From assembly GCA_008632985.1 (NCBI GenBank), contig QPGO01000105.1, positions 124,001 to 188,000 on the forward strand: a stretch of 64,000 nt of DNA. The letters are read 5' to 3'. Every line of letters starts with the position of its first letter. Positions within the stretch are counted from its first letter, which is position 1. The DNA comes from Psammoneis japonica (Eukaryota). The position numbers and the translations under genes are program-made. Of the stretch, positions 33,840 to 46,313 are shown piece by piece. Under the pieces are notes generated by a model. That model saw nothing but the letters and a program-made list of their open reading frames with translations. It made no database searches and was not told the DNA's origin.

Positions 33840-36800
33840 CTAGGGAGCACCATGGGTTTTTGCTTGACGAGGGTGTCTCTGCTGCTGCCACTGCTAACTG
33901 CCACAAAATCACTTTTTGCACTAGAACAATGAAAGATGCTGACTCTCCATGGAAGAGAGCTGTTGAGACGCATCTTGAGAATTGCGATTCTTGAGAATCC
34001 TGCCATGTGCCTTTCCACAGGAACCCAAAGTTCGGCTGGTGACGAGGACTCTCAAATTCAATTGTTCATCGGGCATCAAGGGTGCACTGTTGGCCCACTT
34101 CCATTTTGGCTCTGTCTCTGTTCCCACATTTGTGCAGAGCACAGAGTGTCCCAAGAAGCCATCAATCCATGCAGCCTCAAGACAGAGAGAGCTGCCATTT
34201 TGCCTTGACGTCTGCCATTTTGCCTTGGTCAAGACTTGACACTGCAGCTGAGTTTTGCACATGGGCAAAACAGCAAAGCCAGTCTGCACTGGTTGGTCAT
34301 TTGGCTTCCATCTCATTCATTTTTGCAGATGTTTCAAGTGCCAATTGAGGGTCCAAATTTGATCTTTTTCTCTTCTGCCAATGTCTCTCAACAAACAGTG
34401 CTGACTTGAAAAAGTCAGAAAAATTTTCTGTCAAAACACCCACTTTTTTGCAAAGAGAGCAGCAAGGAGTGCAAAGCTGCCACACCGCCAATGTGCAAGC
34501 AACAAAGAAACAACCAAAGTGTGGTGAGCAAGCAAAATGCAACAAAAGTGGAGATGATGAACAAAGGGTTGGCATGACCATGAAAATGACGCACTTGGTT
34601 GGCGCTGACTCGCGCACAAGAGACAAACCAGAGCGAGGATCATTGACATGAGTGGATTTGCTGTGGCCCTGCAGAGTGCAAAATTTCACTCACAGCTGAG
34701 GTCGCTCCAGATGTGAGGAGAGCAGACCATTTTGGTGTGATGTGGCTGGAGTCATCGTGGTGATGCCAAAAAAGATGCCGCCATTTTTTTGGTTTCTGTG
34801 GCAAAAACCAACACAGCAAAAAACTTGTGAGCCAGAGCAGAAAAATCCCATGATCACATGCAGAATGTGCCAGCAGCAGGTCATGTGCTCTGATGTCAAC
34901 ATCACACTGTGCACGCCTGCACACATGCACCAGTGCGCACTTCTTCGCACAACAGCTGGTTTTGTTGGCATGCAACGTGTCATTTGAGAGACAATTGTCT
35001 GCATTGATGTGAGCAAATGGCAAGCAGAGCTGACTAAAATTTGCTTGAATTGCATCAAAAATGCTGTGCACAAAAAAAAAAGCACTCAAAAACCCACATG
35101 ACCTGCCAGTCTTTTGCCTGCCATGGCTCAAATCAGCCACTGTTGCTCAGCTGGCTCCCCCTTCTGTGGCAGGTTTTGTCAACATGGGACCGGACTTTTT
35201 CAAAAATGACAGAACCAGTGCTGACATGGTGGATCTTTCAATTTTGAGCGGCAACTCAGTCGCAATGTCATGTGGTGCCATGACGTCTCACTGATGTGTT
35301 TGCTTCATTCAGTTTGTGAACACGCCATTTGTTCGTCGTCGGGTTTTCTCGGACACACCACAACCCAGGCAGACTGTTTTGTCAGGGCCCCAGAGCAGCA
35401 GCTGAACACAGCGATTCAGTTCTATGACACGTAAAAGTGGCACCAGCTTCGAATCACTGACTAAAATCACAACAAACATTCTGGAGCTCGGTCGACCTCG
35501 AACATTTTTAAAATTCCTTGCTTTCATGCATGACAAGTTGTTTTGCGGAATCCCATTTAATGACACAGAGCTGCAAGTTTCAAGATGTCATTGCAACATC
35601 AAAACTGCCGTGGCATTTGGAGCACCTTCCACAGCCCTTTACTTTGCTCATTTGAGTGACTGTTTCTTAGATGTGCTCCAAATGGTGAGCTCATTTTGAC
35701 CACAAAGTAGCAGCTTCAAATTGGTGCTCCGTTTTCTGTGTGGAGTGCACACATTTTTCCAGCACATGACGTCACACAGAGAACACTCGATCACAAAATA
35801 ATGTGTCATGTGAGCTCAACTGCTGATTGACGATGATCGTCTTGTGCTTTCCACTTTCCACTGACTGTTTTTAAATGCTTCTGATGTGAACCAATCACCC
35901 ATGAGTTTTGCTGCAGTCCTGTGACTGAAGAAGATCTTCATGAAGTCGATTTGTGCAGCTCTCAGCTCTCAAACCAAGCGTGTTCTGACATCGCCATAGA
36001 CCGTCATGCACTCTTCCTGCTGCACCATGAACAAACTGTTGCATTGTCAACATGGCCATCCAATGACATTTTTGCCCAATGAAATCTTCTGTGTTTGCTC
36101 TAAATGTGAGCTGTCTGTGTGGCAGAAGACATCTAAATCCATGAGACAAACAAGCAGAGTCGGATGTTTTGTGACCACGGTGGCAGCGAGTGCAGCTTGC
36201 TTGTTCAAGTCGCCAACAGGAAAGATGGAAATCAGCGACTCATTTCATTCCTTTGGTGACACTTGAAAATGAATTGGAGTGTCGACACAACATGGCGGTC
36301 GGCGGTCACCGTGTTTGCTGATCTCTGTCCGATGCAACAACAGGTTTCTCCAAAAGCTTCATGGCCTCAGTGAACCGTGCCCTGGATGACAGGAGCATGG
36401 CATTTTTCAACAATGACACCTTGGCAAATCAAATGAAAGAGAAGCAAGGTGCTGTTCAGATGGGCGTTTGCAAGAAAAATGCGAGGTTAAAAAGCAACAA
36501 ACAACTGGTGTCTGCTTTGGATTTTACCTTGTGATGATGTTGTCGATTGTCGAGATTGTGGCTAAAGAAAATGTAATCTCAAAGGAACTTGTGAACAAAG
36601 AAGAGGGCAATGATGAACATGCTGTGGGTTTGATGACAATTGACGCTGTGTCAGTGGCGCAACAGCTACAAACCGACGAACGCCGCCCCACCCAGGCCAT
36701 CAATCCATGTTGACTCAAGGGAGAGCTGTCATCATGCCTTTGTCAAGAATTGGCTGTCAGCAGGATGAGTTTTTGCACAGGTGAAACCAAAGATGGTCTG

Positions 36801-38315
36801 AATTTTTCTCATCAACATGCGGGCTTCTGAGCTGGATTTTGTCTTGCATGTTCATGGTGCAAGCCTGAAAGCATGTCAGTTTCTCTTCCATTGGTGTTGA
36901 AGTGACAACCAACTTCCAAAAAGTGGCTTCCTTCTCATCAATTTGCACAGCACATCCATGTGTTGTCAATTGCAGGCCAGAATCCAATCTTTTTCTTCCA
37001 CTGGCATTGACCAACAGTTTGGAGTTTGGTTTCACATGGTGAGTGGGCTTCTGAAACAGCTGTCATCTTTCATGCAAGAGGATGCCAGCTTGAAAGCAAC
37101 ATCAATTTCTCTTCTGTTGGTGATGTTGAAGCAACAACCAACTTCTGAAGTGCCCCCCACCTTGTCAGTTTGGACATGTTCACATGCCAACTGTGGGGGC
37201 CCAAATTCAATCTTTCTCTTGTGCCAACCTGGACAAACAGTTTCAACTTGCTTTGAAGTTTGAGAATGTTCCACAAAACACATGCCAACTTTTTGCAGAT
37301 GGCAAATGCAAGCCCACAGCACATTTTTTCATGTGCAAAAAAGCAACAGTGCAGCAAGAGTGGCTGAAGTGCAATGTGAAAATGGTGAAAAGGATCAACT
37401 GATCATTGCTTGAGGCAGTGGTGCATGCTTGCACTCTGTGTGACTCACACGTGGCAGCAGAACAGAGAGCCAGTGAGAGCAGATTTTTGCTGCAGGCATG
37501 CAGAGAGCAGACTTGGTTCACAAGCACCGCTGCTCCAACTGCAGGGATGAGAACAGGCCATTGGGCATGATGTGGCACAGACATCATGGCAACACGGGCT
37601 CAGAAAAAGGTGCCATTGCTTGGCTTGTTTTTGACTTTTGTGTGGCGAGAACCAACTCAATCAGCACAGCTTGCAGAAGCGAGCAAAGTGATGGTGGCAC
37701 CAGCACCCATGGCCACCTCAATGAGCACCATGGAGACAAGGGAAAAGAAGAATGACAAGCAAGGCTTGTCATCATTGGTGTGCATGCTTTGTGCCTGGCA
37801 GACACAGCAGGGCCAGACATGTTTTTTCAGTGTCAGAGCTGGCGCTGGCGCCACGGCAGATCTTCAAAACAAGAGCCGCGCTCAAAGAATTGCAACATCA
37901 TCATGCCATGGTGGCAAAGTCTCTTGCATCACTTGTGGAGATGCTCAATGGCATGATTTGCACCAACGGGTTTGAGACGACTTCAATGTGTGGTGACACA
38001 AACTGCAAACAAACGGGAGCTTGGGGCTCGCATCCTCTGTTCGCACCATCCCACTTTTGCGGAGCATGGTGAGCTGCCAATTTTCACTTTTCACAACAGC
38101 TCTTTTGTGACATGTCTGCATTTTCGTCACCTGGTTTTAGGTGCATGGGACACTCTGTTGGCTTGCGTTGCTTGGCTTGATGTTTCAGCCGCGCGTTTGA
38201 CAGTCTCGTCGGATTTTACAGTGTTCACGCATCCATTGCCACGGAAATGCAAGATTCATTCCCGACACATCAAAAGGCAAGACCCCCTGAGAATGACTCA
38301 GGCATTCCTGACAAA
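33840..38315. mobile_element. Decayed repeat block, unclassified
   Basis: Abrupt onset and end of TpA depletion; Tyr-free ORF fragments on both strands. Confidence 0.5.
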
Positions 38316-38660
38316 TAAATAGGGGTCATTTTTCCCTTTCTATTTAAGATCAATTTAAGTAACCTTTGATATGAGACTTAACGACAAGACACGAAGTGCA
38401 GGCACTAGAACATTGAAAATTTTTTCCAATTTCGACTTGAATTCTTGTTCACAAATTTGCCCGTTCGACGAGCGGTTGAGGCAAAATGACGCACGAGTGG
38501 ATTGAGACGAAATCAAAAGAATGCAAATCGACATGAGAATAAAAGCCATTCTCTTTCTGGCTCTTGTCCTATGCACGGCCAATGGTATGTGGTATTTGAG
38601 GGAAAAGGAAAAAGAGAGAGAGAGAAACCGTGCATGATGCCGCGGTTTCAAATTCTTCCA

Positions 38661-40666
38661 ATGGTGCAAAACTCACGAGTTCTTTTTGGCATTGTTCGTC
38701 GTAGGGGCCGCCATTACTATCGATATCTCCGACGCTCAACGGGAGCTGGAAGATCAGGTGATCTCCTCAAATGTAAGCCTACCACATAGGTATCATGCAA
38801 TCCGATATGCGGGAAAAATCGTTTCTTTCGTTCTCACTGCTTCGCTTTTCTGCCACAACGCGCTTCGGCTGTTTCTTTTCTTGTGATTACTCTCGCACAG
38901 ACTAAACTTGAACTGGATTCTGACGCTGGTCAAACGGATCATAAACGGAAGCGTAAACCATTCGTAAGTGCGAGGTATGCAACATTGTGCATACGACAAT
39001 GGACAATACCCATATTAACCCATGCAAGTCCGCTCCCCCGTGTTATTCTTTCAATTGATCAGGAACCCGTTGGCGCTTGTTGTGATGCAGAGAGGGAAAA
39101 ATGCTCCATTGTAAAGGAGAAATTTTGTAACGGAGAATTCAAAGGACGGGGTACACGATGTAATCAAGAGACCTGCTCACGTCCTGGATTGGTCAAAGGC
39201 GCATGCTGTGACCTGGAGAATGAAAAATGCGAGGTGGTGAAAAAGAAGTGGTGCAAGGGAGATTACAAAGGACCCAATACAAAATGTAACGAAGAAACCT
39301 GCCCGCTTCGCTTGATCCGGGCGCGTGGTGCATGCTGCGACCTGGAGAAGGGGTGCGTCATGATTGACGTACTGTTTGTCCTTTCGCTTGTGTTGTTCAT
39401 ATTCTCACTCTCATAACCATTCTAATCTCACCTTCAACCTACAGGAGTTGCAGTGTTGTTAAGAGGAAGTTTTGTGACGGAGATTTTAAAGGCCCTTATA
39501 CGAAATGTGACAAAAAGACTTGCCCGCGTAAGGGCGCGTGCTGCTTCCCATCTAGATGCAAACCGGTAAAGAAAAGCTCTTGTGCCATGAATGGAGGAGC
39601 ATTTATGGGATTTGGCTCTCGATGTGGGGGCGGCATTTGCTCTTCGATGCGATCCTTTCGGCCCTCGCCAGCTAGCCCGACGGTAGCTCCTACTCCGTAC
39701 CCAGCTACGCGTGAACCGTCATCAACAGAAGCGGTTTGCAAAGTGGGTTCCCTTGATGGACCAGCTTGTCTCCCCGTTGGAGGAGGCATTAGTGAATTTT
39801 CTGTTGTAGGTTTGACCGAGCCCGGAACTTACACCTGGGAAATTACTCGTGGTGCTCAGAAAGTCAAGCCCGTCGGTAAGCAAGGATCGAGTACTAGTAG
39901 CTTGAAAATAAAGGCAGTGGCGGTCAGCGACGAGGCTGACGACATCACGATCAAGGTTACATACACGGCCAAGAAGACAGGAAAGACTTGCTCTCACACA
40001 ATTGAAACCACGGCCATTAAAGCAGAACTTGCCTTCAGAGCCGACGGGAAGTTTAGCCCTGAAAACGATCAAGCTATACGTAGTCCAGGTTATCCTGATC
40101 TGGGCCCCATTGAATTTCGTGGTGCTGCCTTGTTCAATAACGTCGAGATCGAAGCCACAATTAAACCATGTGGAAAGTCGCTAGGAAAGTGTTTCTTCGA
40201 ATTTAATCGATTTCGGCAAGGATATGTTGGAGAAACCTTTAGAAATAATTTCAGGGACTTCGGTTCCGTCAAGCCGCCCTCGTGGACTTCCGACGACCCC
40301 TTTCCAACACACCAAGACATGAAAACAGAAGTAAAAGAAGGCTGCAAGGTTTTCGTATCTCACAGCCCAGGTTTTTCGGTGCCGTTTAATGCGGTGTGTG
40401 ACGCGGCAACAGTCGGCGCGGTTCGTTTATACCAGATGAACTTCAGAGAATGGCTAGAAGTGGACCAAAGAGAATTCACCTCTGGTTTGCGCTGGCGTTC
40501 CAGCACACGTGTCATTTGTAAGGAAGTTCGTCGAAAAAATGGTTCAAAAGAAATCATATACAAATGGGTCGCCGATGATCCGTACAAGACGAGCAACCAA
40601 GTTGGGACGGGTTTCTTCTCAGACTACGACGTCCCCCCGGGAGAGAGGGACGTTCTCCCTGTTTAG
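38661..40666 (+). CDS. Putative secreted protein with four GACC-type cysteine-rich repeats and an unknown C-terminal domain; 4 exons
   Basis: Exons 38661-38772, 38901-38963, 39063-39352 and 39445-40666 with GT-AG introns in consistent phase. Repeats read GACC-x(3-6)-C-x6-C-xG(E/D)(F/Y)xG-x3-C-x4-C. The signal-like MVQNSRVLLALFVVGAAITIDISDA requires removing one T from the T5 run at 38683-38687. Confidence 0.8.
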
Positions 40667-40870
40667 GGGCAACAGCTTTGGCATCAAAAGCTATTAGACA
40701 TTACTTGACGGCTTTTCAATGTTATCAGCGTGATGTGGCGAGCATACTAGTACGATTTTTTTTTTTAAAGATAGAACTTTGGTTTTGTTCTTTTATCATG
40801 TAGCACAGGACCTGCTCGTTGAGTTGATCTAAAAATTTTTGACTCTATAGAACGTCTTTCTAAACAGGCA

Positions 40871-41440
40871 TCAGCATGATCGCCTTCTCATTTTGCAAGG
40901 CTTAGCTGTTTGAATTTGATTTTCCACACTATTTTCTTTGAAGGTAGTTAGCCTTTCGTTGCTCGGAACGTAGATGCTTGTTTTTCGCAATGACTTCATT
41001 TTGGCTCGCACGTCAGTCAAAGAGGATGCCTCGTCTGAATCGGTCATTCGACTCAAGATATGGTTTTCCAAATGATCCGTTTGGCTTGAATTAGTTGTGG
41101 ATGGCACGGAAAAACGGCGGTGTTGCTTCCTTGAAGATGACGGTTGGTTCCTTGTTTGAGTAATCGGTCGTCGAGGAGCTTTCATTTGAATACAGTATGC
41201 AACGTCAGAATCGGGTGAGGGTTTGCTCAATTGCGGCGGTGGTGTTTTCCTTACTGATCGATCAGGAACCTTGCGAATAGGATTGTAGTTTTCCTTGATG
41301 AAGACATGAACCGTCGGCGGCGAAAAGGTCACAACCTTCTTTCTGCTTCTTCGTTCATTGCTTTCCATGGCACTCATGATGATGCCACTGACAGGCATCA
41401 TACTGATAGATTGGTAATCGGGGGTAAGGAGCATAGTCAT
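40871..41440 (-). CDS. Hypothetical Ser/Arg/Pro-rich protein (about 189 aa)
   Basis: Open frame in normal-composition DNA with a KKVVTFS motif. The start is placed at MTMLLTPDY, although the ORF extends to 41638. Confidence 0.5.
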   Translation of the reverse strand: MTMLLTPDYQSISMMPVSGIIMSAMESNERRSRKKVVTFSPPTVHVFIKENYNPIRKVPDRSVRKTPPPQLSKPSPDSDVAYCIQMKAPRRPITQTRNQPSSSRKQHRRFSVPSTTNSSQTDHLENHILSRMTDSDEASSLTDVRAKMKSLRKTSIYVPSNERLTTFKENSVENQIQTAKPCKMRRRSC

Positions 41441-41706
41441 GATAGATGGATTCGTGAAATAATGATGTGTATTTTGTGGTTGGGGAGAACTAATGTGTTT
41501 TAGTCGGAGTTTTTGACGAACAAGTTCGTGAAACCGCGGTATTGACGATGGCGACATTTCTGGCGTAATCCCGTGGTGGTATTGACATTTCTTATTTATA
41601 AAGAGGAATGTTGTCATAACAATGGGCATTGAAGTCATTTGTCGGACTAAAAGATGAGATATTCTACAAGCTAATCATTTTTTACGTCTATGTCTAACCA
41701 ACGAAT

Positions 41707-41913
41707 TGGGGGAAGTCTCCAGCCAGCTGCTGGCTAAAAAAAGTCTGCTCGTCAGTGCGTTTGGGGTTTTGCCAGTAGAATTTTTACATGCGCAAATGAC
41801 GACGAGTCTGTCCAGCGTTCACCAAAACCCCCTAACGCACAGATTGACAGACTCTTTCAGTATAAATTCTACACAAGATTCTTCAGCCAGCAGCTGGCTG
41901 GAGACTTCCCCCA
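41707..41913. mobile_element. MITE, 207 bp, with perfect 29-bp terminal inverted repeats and a 4-bp target-site duplication
   Basis: TGGGGGAAGTCTCCAGCCAGCTGCTGGCT at 41707-41735 and its exact reverse complement at 41885-41913. GAAT flanks both sides (41703-41706 and 41914-41917). Confidence 0.92.
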
Positions 41914-42606
41914 GAATACGATTGGAAGAATGACTTTTCTTTATTTATTTGTCATAGACAAAAGACCTCACCAAAAACCAATGTCTCTTTCTGCTGTACA
42001 GTAAAAGCATTGGTATGAAATGCCCAAATTAAGTGGGCGTACCACAGTTCTCGGCCCGTTCATTTTCTACGTGGCCTGGTACAACCCAAATCTGTGTAGA
42101 TTCAGTACATTTTGCCCTGTAGAACAGTTTTTGGGAGTGTTTTCTGGCTCGCGACGCAAAATAACACGCAAAATAACACAGACAATGGCGTTTCGCCGAT
42201 TTCAAAAATGCGGTTGTTTCTGAGGCACTTTGCAGTGTACTCTCAACGGAATGTCTTACGTCACAGCATAAGGCATGTGATGAGCTCGAGAGTGCACAGG
42301 TTCACATGGGCAGCTGATGGTGAAAATTCTCACTGAAGGTTCGCATTGACAGCGTCGCTTCTGTTGCATCACGGCCGACCTCATGTGTCACCATTCGTTG
42401 AGGCTTTGTACATTGACGCCCGTTTGACTTGCATATGTTGTCTCTTTCTACATTGTTCTTTTGTTCTGCAGGGTCTCCATCGTCGCAAGGTGTCCCAGAA
42501 ACACTTTTCCTCGTCAAGAATGTCAGTTCTGCAATGCGATGGCCACGGCAATTCCAAAACGAGGCAAAGTCACAGACACAGCATCAGGCTGACTTCACAA
42601 CAAATA

Positions 42607-42957
42607 TCTGAGGACCAAGGAAAGTAAATGCTTGAAATGAAGAGATGACAAACTTGCTTTCCTGAATGACGTGAGTCTAAAACAACTGCATCTTGCGCTT
42701 GCATGGTCCAGGAAGATGCAGAAACAAGATCCACGTGACGAAGCAGAGTGATGCTGACATCTTGGCATTTCATCCACTTGATGCGAGTCACACACAACAT
42801 GCCAACAGATGCTGCACAACCAAAAATGAGGACCACAACAAAACAATGACACGAACGCTCGGAGAAACTCCAATTTCCAACACCATCCAAAATGTCATCA
42901 CCTGACATCGATTCTCCCGATTGCTTCCCTCCTCCCAACTTGTTAAAAGCAATCCCC
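42607..42957 (-). pseudogene. Hypermutated fragment of an ABCG transporter 3' end and 3' UTR
   Basis: Aligns to 46161-46525 in the same orientation: ILDGVGNWSFSERSCHCFVVVLIFGCAASVGML versus ILDGVGNWSFSERWWYCFVVVLIFGCAASVGML. The stop TAA has become CAA, and there is an indel of about 15 bp. Confidence 0.92.
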
Positions 42958-43239
42958 ACAAATCAATGCCACTGCTTGTGCCACATTTGTTGTGCATTGC
43001 TCAACAATGTCTTGGGCCCTGTTGACTCTCTTTTTCTGCATCTCTGCAGTTGCTCATCAGCTTGCCATGTTGCTTGCCTTTGATCTGTTCCTGTTGCCTT
43101 TGCCACTCCACTGTCAGTTGATCTGCACACCAGTTGTTTTGCACCTTGGTTGCACAACCAAGGGGAGGCAACAGATGTCAACAGGGCCAAGGACCATGAC
43201 AACAGCATGGTGTGACAAGTGCTTCCCTCTCTGGATTGC

Positions 43240-44770
43240 TGCTTGACTGTTAGACTGTGGCATCATGGCAGCATCCACATTTGTGACAATGGCATTTGCC
43301 TGATCTGTTGTCCCATCACAATCCTTCACATTTTTTTTTACTCTTTTGTGGACACTCCAAGGGACTGAAGAAGCGTGTGCATGTCTGCTCGCTTCTGCAG
43401 GCAACCATGCATGGTTGGTTTTGCTTTTCGAAAACCAATCCAATGCAGACTCTCATCCACAAACAAGGCATTCTGTGTGCACGGATCGCCATGGACAATG
43501 CCATTCTCTTGAAGTCCTGCCAGAGACAGGATCAGGTCTTTGCAGTGATTGTTTGAAACGGCCGCGCCAACCTTGCATGGAAGCAAAGCACCGCCCAAGT
43601 CATCAAAAGAAGCAAAGCCATCTTCTGCAATGTCCATCACAGATTCTGGACACAAAACTTTTGCCTGCTGCACACAAATCTTTTTGCACTCCAGATTGCC
43701 AACATTGTCGACACCATTTTTGCACAACACGAGCTTGAGAGCCATGGTTTTTTTTTTCACCGCTTTGACACGCCCTGAACACGAATTCAAATGCGCCATC
43801 CCCCAAAACGCATCGGGCAGCACGTGGACACAGAGTTTTTTGCAGGCGCATTTTAAAATTTCAATCAACTGGTCTCTCAAATGGAACTCACAAAGAAGAC
43901 ACCTTGAACCTGGCATTGTCCAATTGCACATCGTGACCCCTGATGCATTGCCTGACATGCACTCAACAAGCCAAAATTGAGAAATGTCAAACAAAATCAG
44001 CCGCGTGTGGAGAGTGGCCACCGTCAAAACAAATGTGAGCTCCGCAGTTGATGACCTCACCAAAGCCTTGGTTGTCAATTTTCACTTTCGCTTCAAAGGT
44101 CGCACTGATGGAAGCCTGGAGTCTCCAAGTGGTGAAAATGCCAAACTTGTCTGTGCTTCTTCGCATCTCTTTCAAATCGGTCTTCTGATTGAATGTTGTG
44201 TCTGCACTTGTTCACGGATGCTCCTCTGAGTTGACAATTGATTGTCCACCCATTCCTTTGAATGCTCCCTCCAAATGCAGCATCAAAAAAGTGGCTGTCC
44301 GGTGTTCTGTCTGCATTTCACTGAGTTTTTTGGCCACAGGTTCTTTGTGTGCAGAAGGCTGCCCTTCAACTCCTTCAAATTTCTTGAACAAATTTGCGTT
44401 TGTCAACCGGTTTCTCTCTTTGGAGCCCAGGCTTGCAGGAGTTGCATTGGGAGCAGCCTTTGCATCTTTCATCAAGTGGGCCTCCTCCAACACATCTGTC
44501 AAGTCAGTGAGACCGGTGGGCACAGAGGCAGCCGTCCAAAAAGCGCTGTTCCTGTGGATTTGTCCAGGAAGCTGGAGCCAGGGGCGGTCGACCCGTTTTC
44601 AGCTTGTGCAAGCATGTGGCACCATCTTCAGAGCTCTCAAAGCCACAAATGGAGCAGCCCTTCTGATCAATCAAACAGCACGCATCAAAGCCATCAAGCA
44701 CATTCTCAAATTCTTCCTGATTGCTGGGAACAACATTTTCCGTTTTGTCGTCCGCAATGAACAGTGTCAT
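43240..44770 (-). pseudogene. Crinkler (CRN)-like gene relic: short N-terminal header, restriction-endonuclease-like domain and kinase domain
   Basis: In order across frames: GFESSEDGATC (header); IVNSEEHP; FGIFTTWRL..TFEAKVKIDNQGFGEVINCGAHI; TRLILFDISQFWLVE; MALKLV; LQENGIVHGDPCTQNALFVDESLHWIGF (HGDPR-type catalytic loop). The family call is from motif recall, not a search. Confidence 0.65.
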
Positions 44771-45830
44771 TGTCTTCAAAGTTGTTCTTAAAGTTGCGTG
44801 CTGATGTGCAGAAACAACATGTTGATGTGATGCCATTTCCCATTTTGTCAATGTTCAAGTGTTCAAGTGCTGGGGCACCCGCCCGCCCACCCCAGTCCAC
44901 CGCAGTCTGTCCATCTAACCGACCAAGACACACAGAAAGCAGAAAGTCCCTCTCACTGCTTGAAATGGGGCAGTCACAGCACCTCACCCTGACCCTCTCC
45001 CCTGCCAGGGGACAGGGGACAAACTTGTTCCCCTTTTGTGTTTCACAAGAAAGGTGGAGCTGCAGACCACATGAGGGAGTGGGGGCACAGCAGCGCTGCA
45101 GCAAAAAAAGCTCCCATCTGGCAGAACATGCTGCGATTGTGGGAAACAGCAAGATTGCTGCCAGATGAGACCATCCAATGCCTTTTGCATCTTGCAGTCA
45201 ACATGCTCCTTGAGCACAACTTTGATTTCAGCCTTTTGATGAGTCAGCTCATGAGTGTCTCGCCATGTGGTGCTGTTGAGTGCTGCTTTGGCGATGTGAG
45301 TGTTGCGCGGCACCTGAGAAATCTTGGAATGGAGAAGCTGTGCTCGCAAGGCCAGTTGATGGAGCTCATGCTCAAAGCCATTTAACGTGCAACGGAAAAT
45401 GTTGCATTGCTTTTTGCCAGGTTGGAGTCCCAAGGCAGGTGGGAAAGCAGAGTTCTGCAATGTTGCTGGCTGCAGTTGGCACAGATTGAATGTGTCAATG
45501 ACTGATGAGTTGTTGCTTTTGACAATTTCAGAGGAATGACTGCCAAACCCTTGCCATCACAGTTGCCACAATCAAGACATGTGCTGGCATCTGCCATGTG
45601 GTGTCGTCAGGGTCCACTTTGCAGAGTCGATCCAGAAGAGAGTCACTCCAAGTTCAAAGTGTTGAAGTCACATGCCAGGCTTTTTTGTTTGTGGGGTTAA
45701 AGCCACAACAACAAAATGTGACAGATGAAGCATTCGAAAAGATGGTCTTTTTTGTCATCTGATTGGATGAATGACTTTTCTGTGGTGGAGAGACAAACCA
45801 AAACGACCTCATCCCAACCATTTTGTCGGT
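44770..45830. other. TpA-depleted decayed sequence, unclassified
   Basis: Same mutational composition as the neighbouring pseudogenes; no recognisable motif. Confidence 0.4.
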
Positions 45831-46313
45831 CTCTACACTACAGTAGGCGCAAGGGCTGCCGCACGCACAGCGCAGTGCGATCCATCGTGCAGCAATGACA
45901 TCGAGTGGGCATCAAGACAAGAATCGGCCGCGGCGACAAAAAACGACGGACGAAGCTGAAAGACGCGTTTGTTTCGTGGTGAATAGATATCACGCAAGGA
46001 GGAAACAGGTGGTTGAAGAACTTTGCTGGTGTCATCAAACCGGTAGAAAGTGGGCCTGCCGAGTGAAAGGGAACGCACGGCGGTTTCTGGATATCCTTTT
46101 GTCTCCGTTCTCTTGTTCAATGTCTATCCTTTTGAAGATTCCTTTTTTCTCTCGAGTGCATCCGAGGACCAAGGAGAGTAAACGCTCGAAATGAAGGGAT
46201 GTTAAATTCGCTTTCCTAAATAACATGAGTCTAACAACTGCATCTTGCGTTTACATGGTCAAGGAAAATACAGAAACAAGATCCACGTAACGAAGTAGAG
46301 TGATACGGACCTC

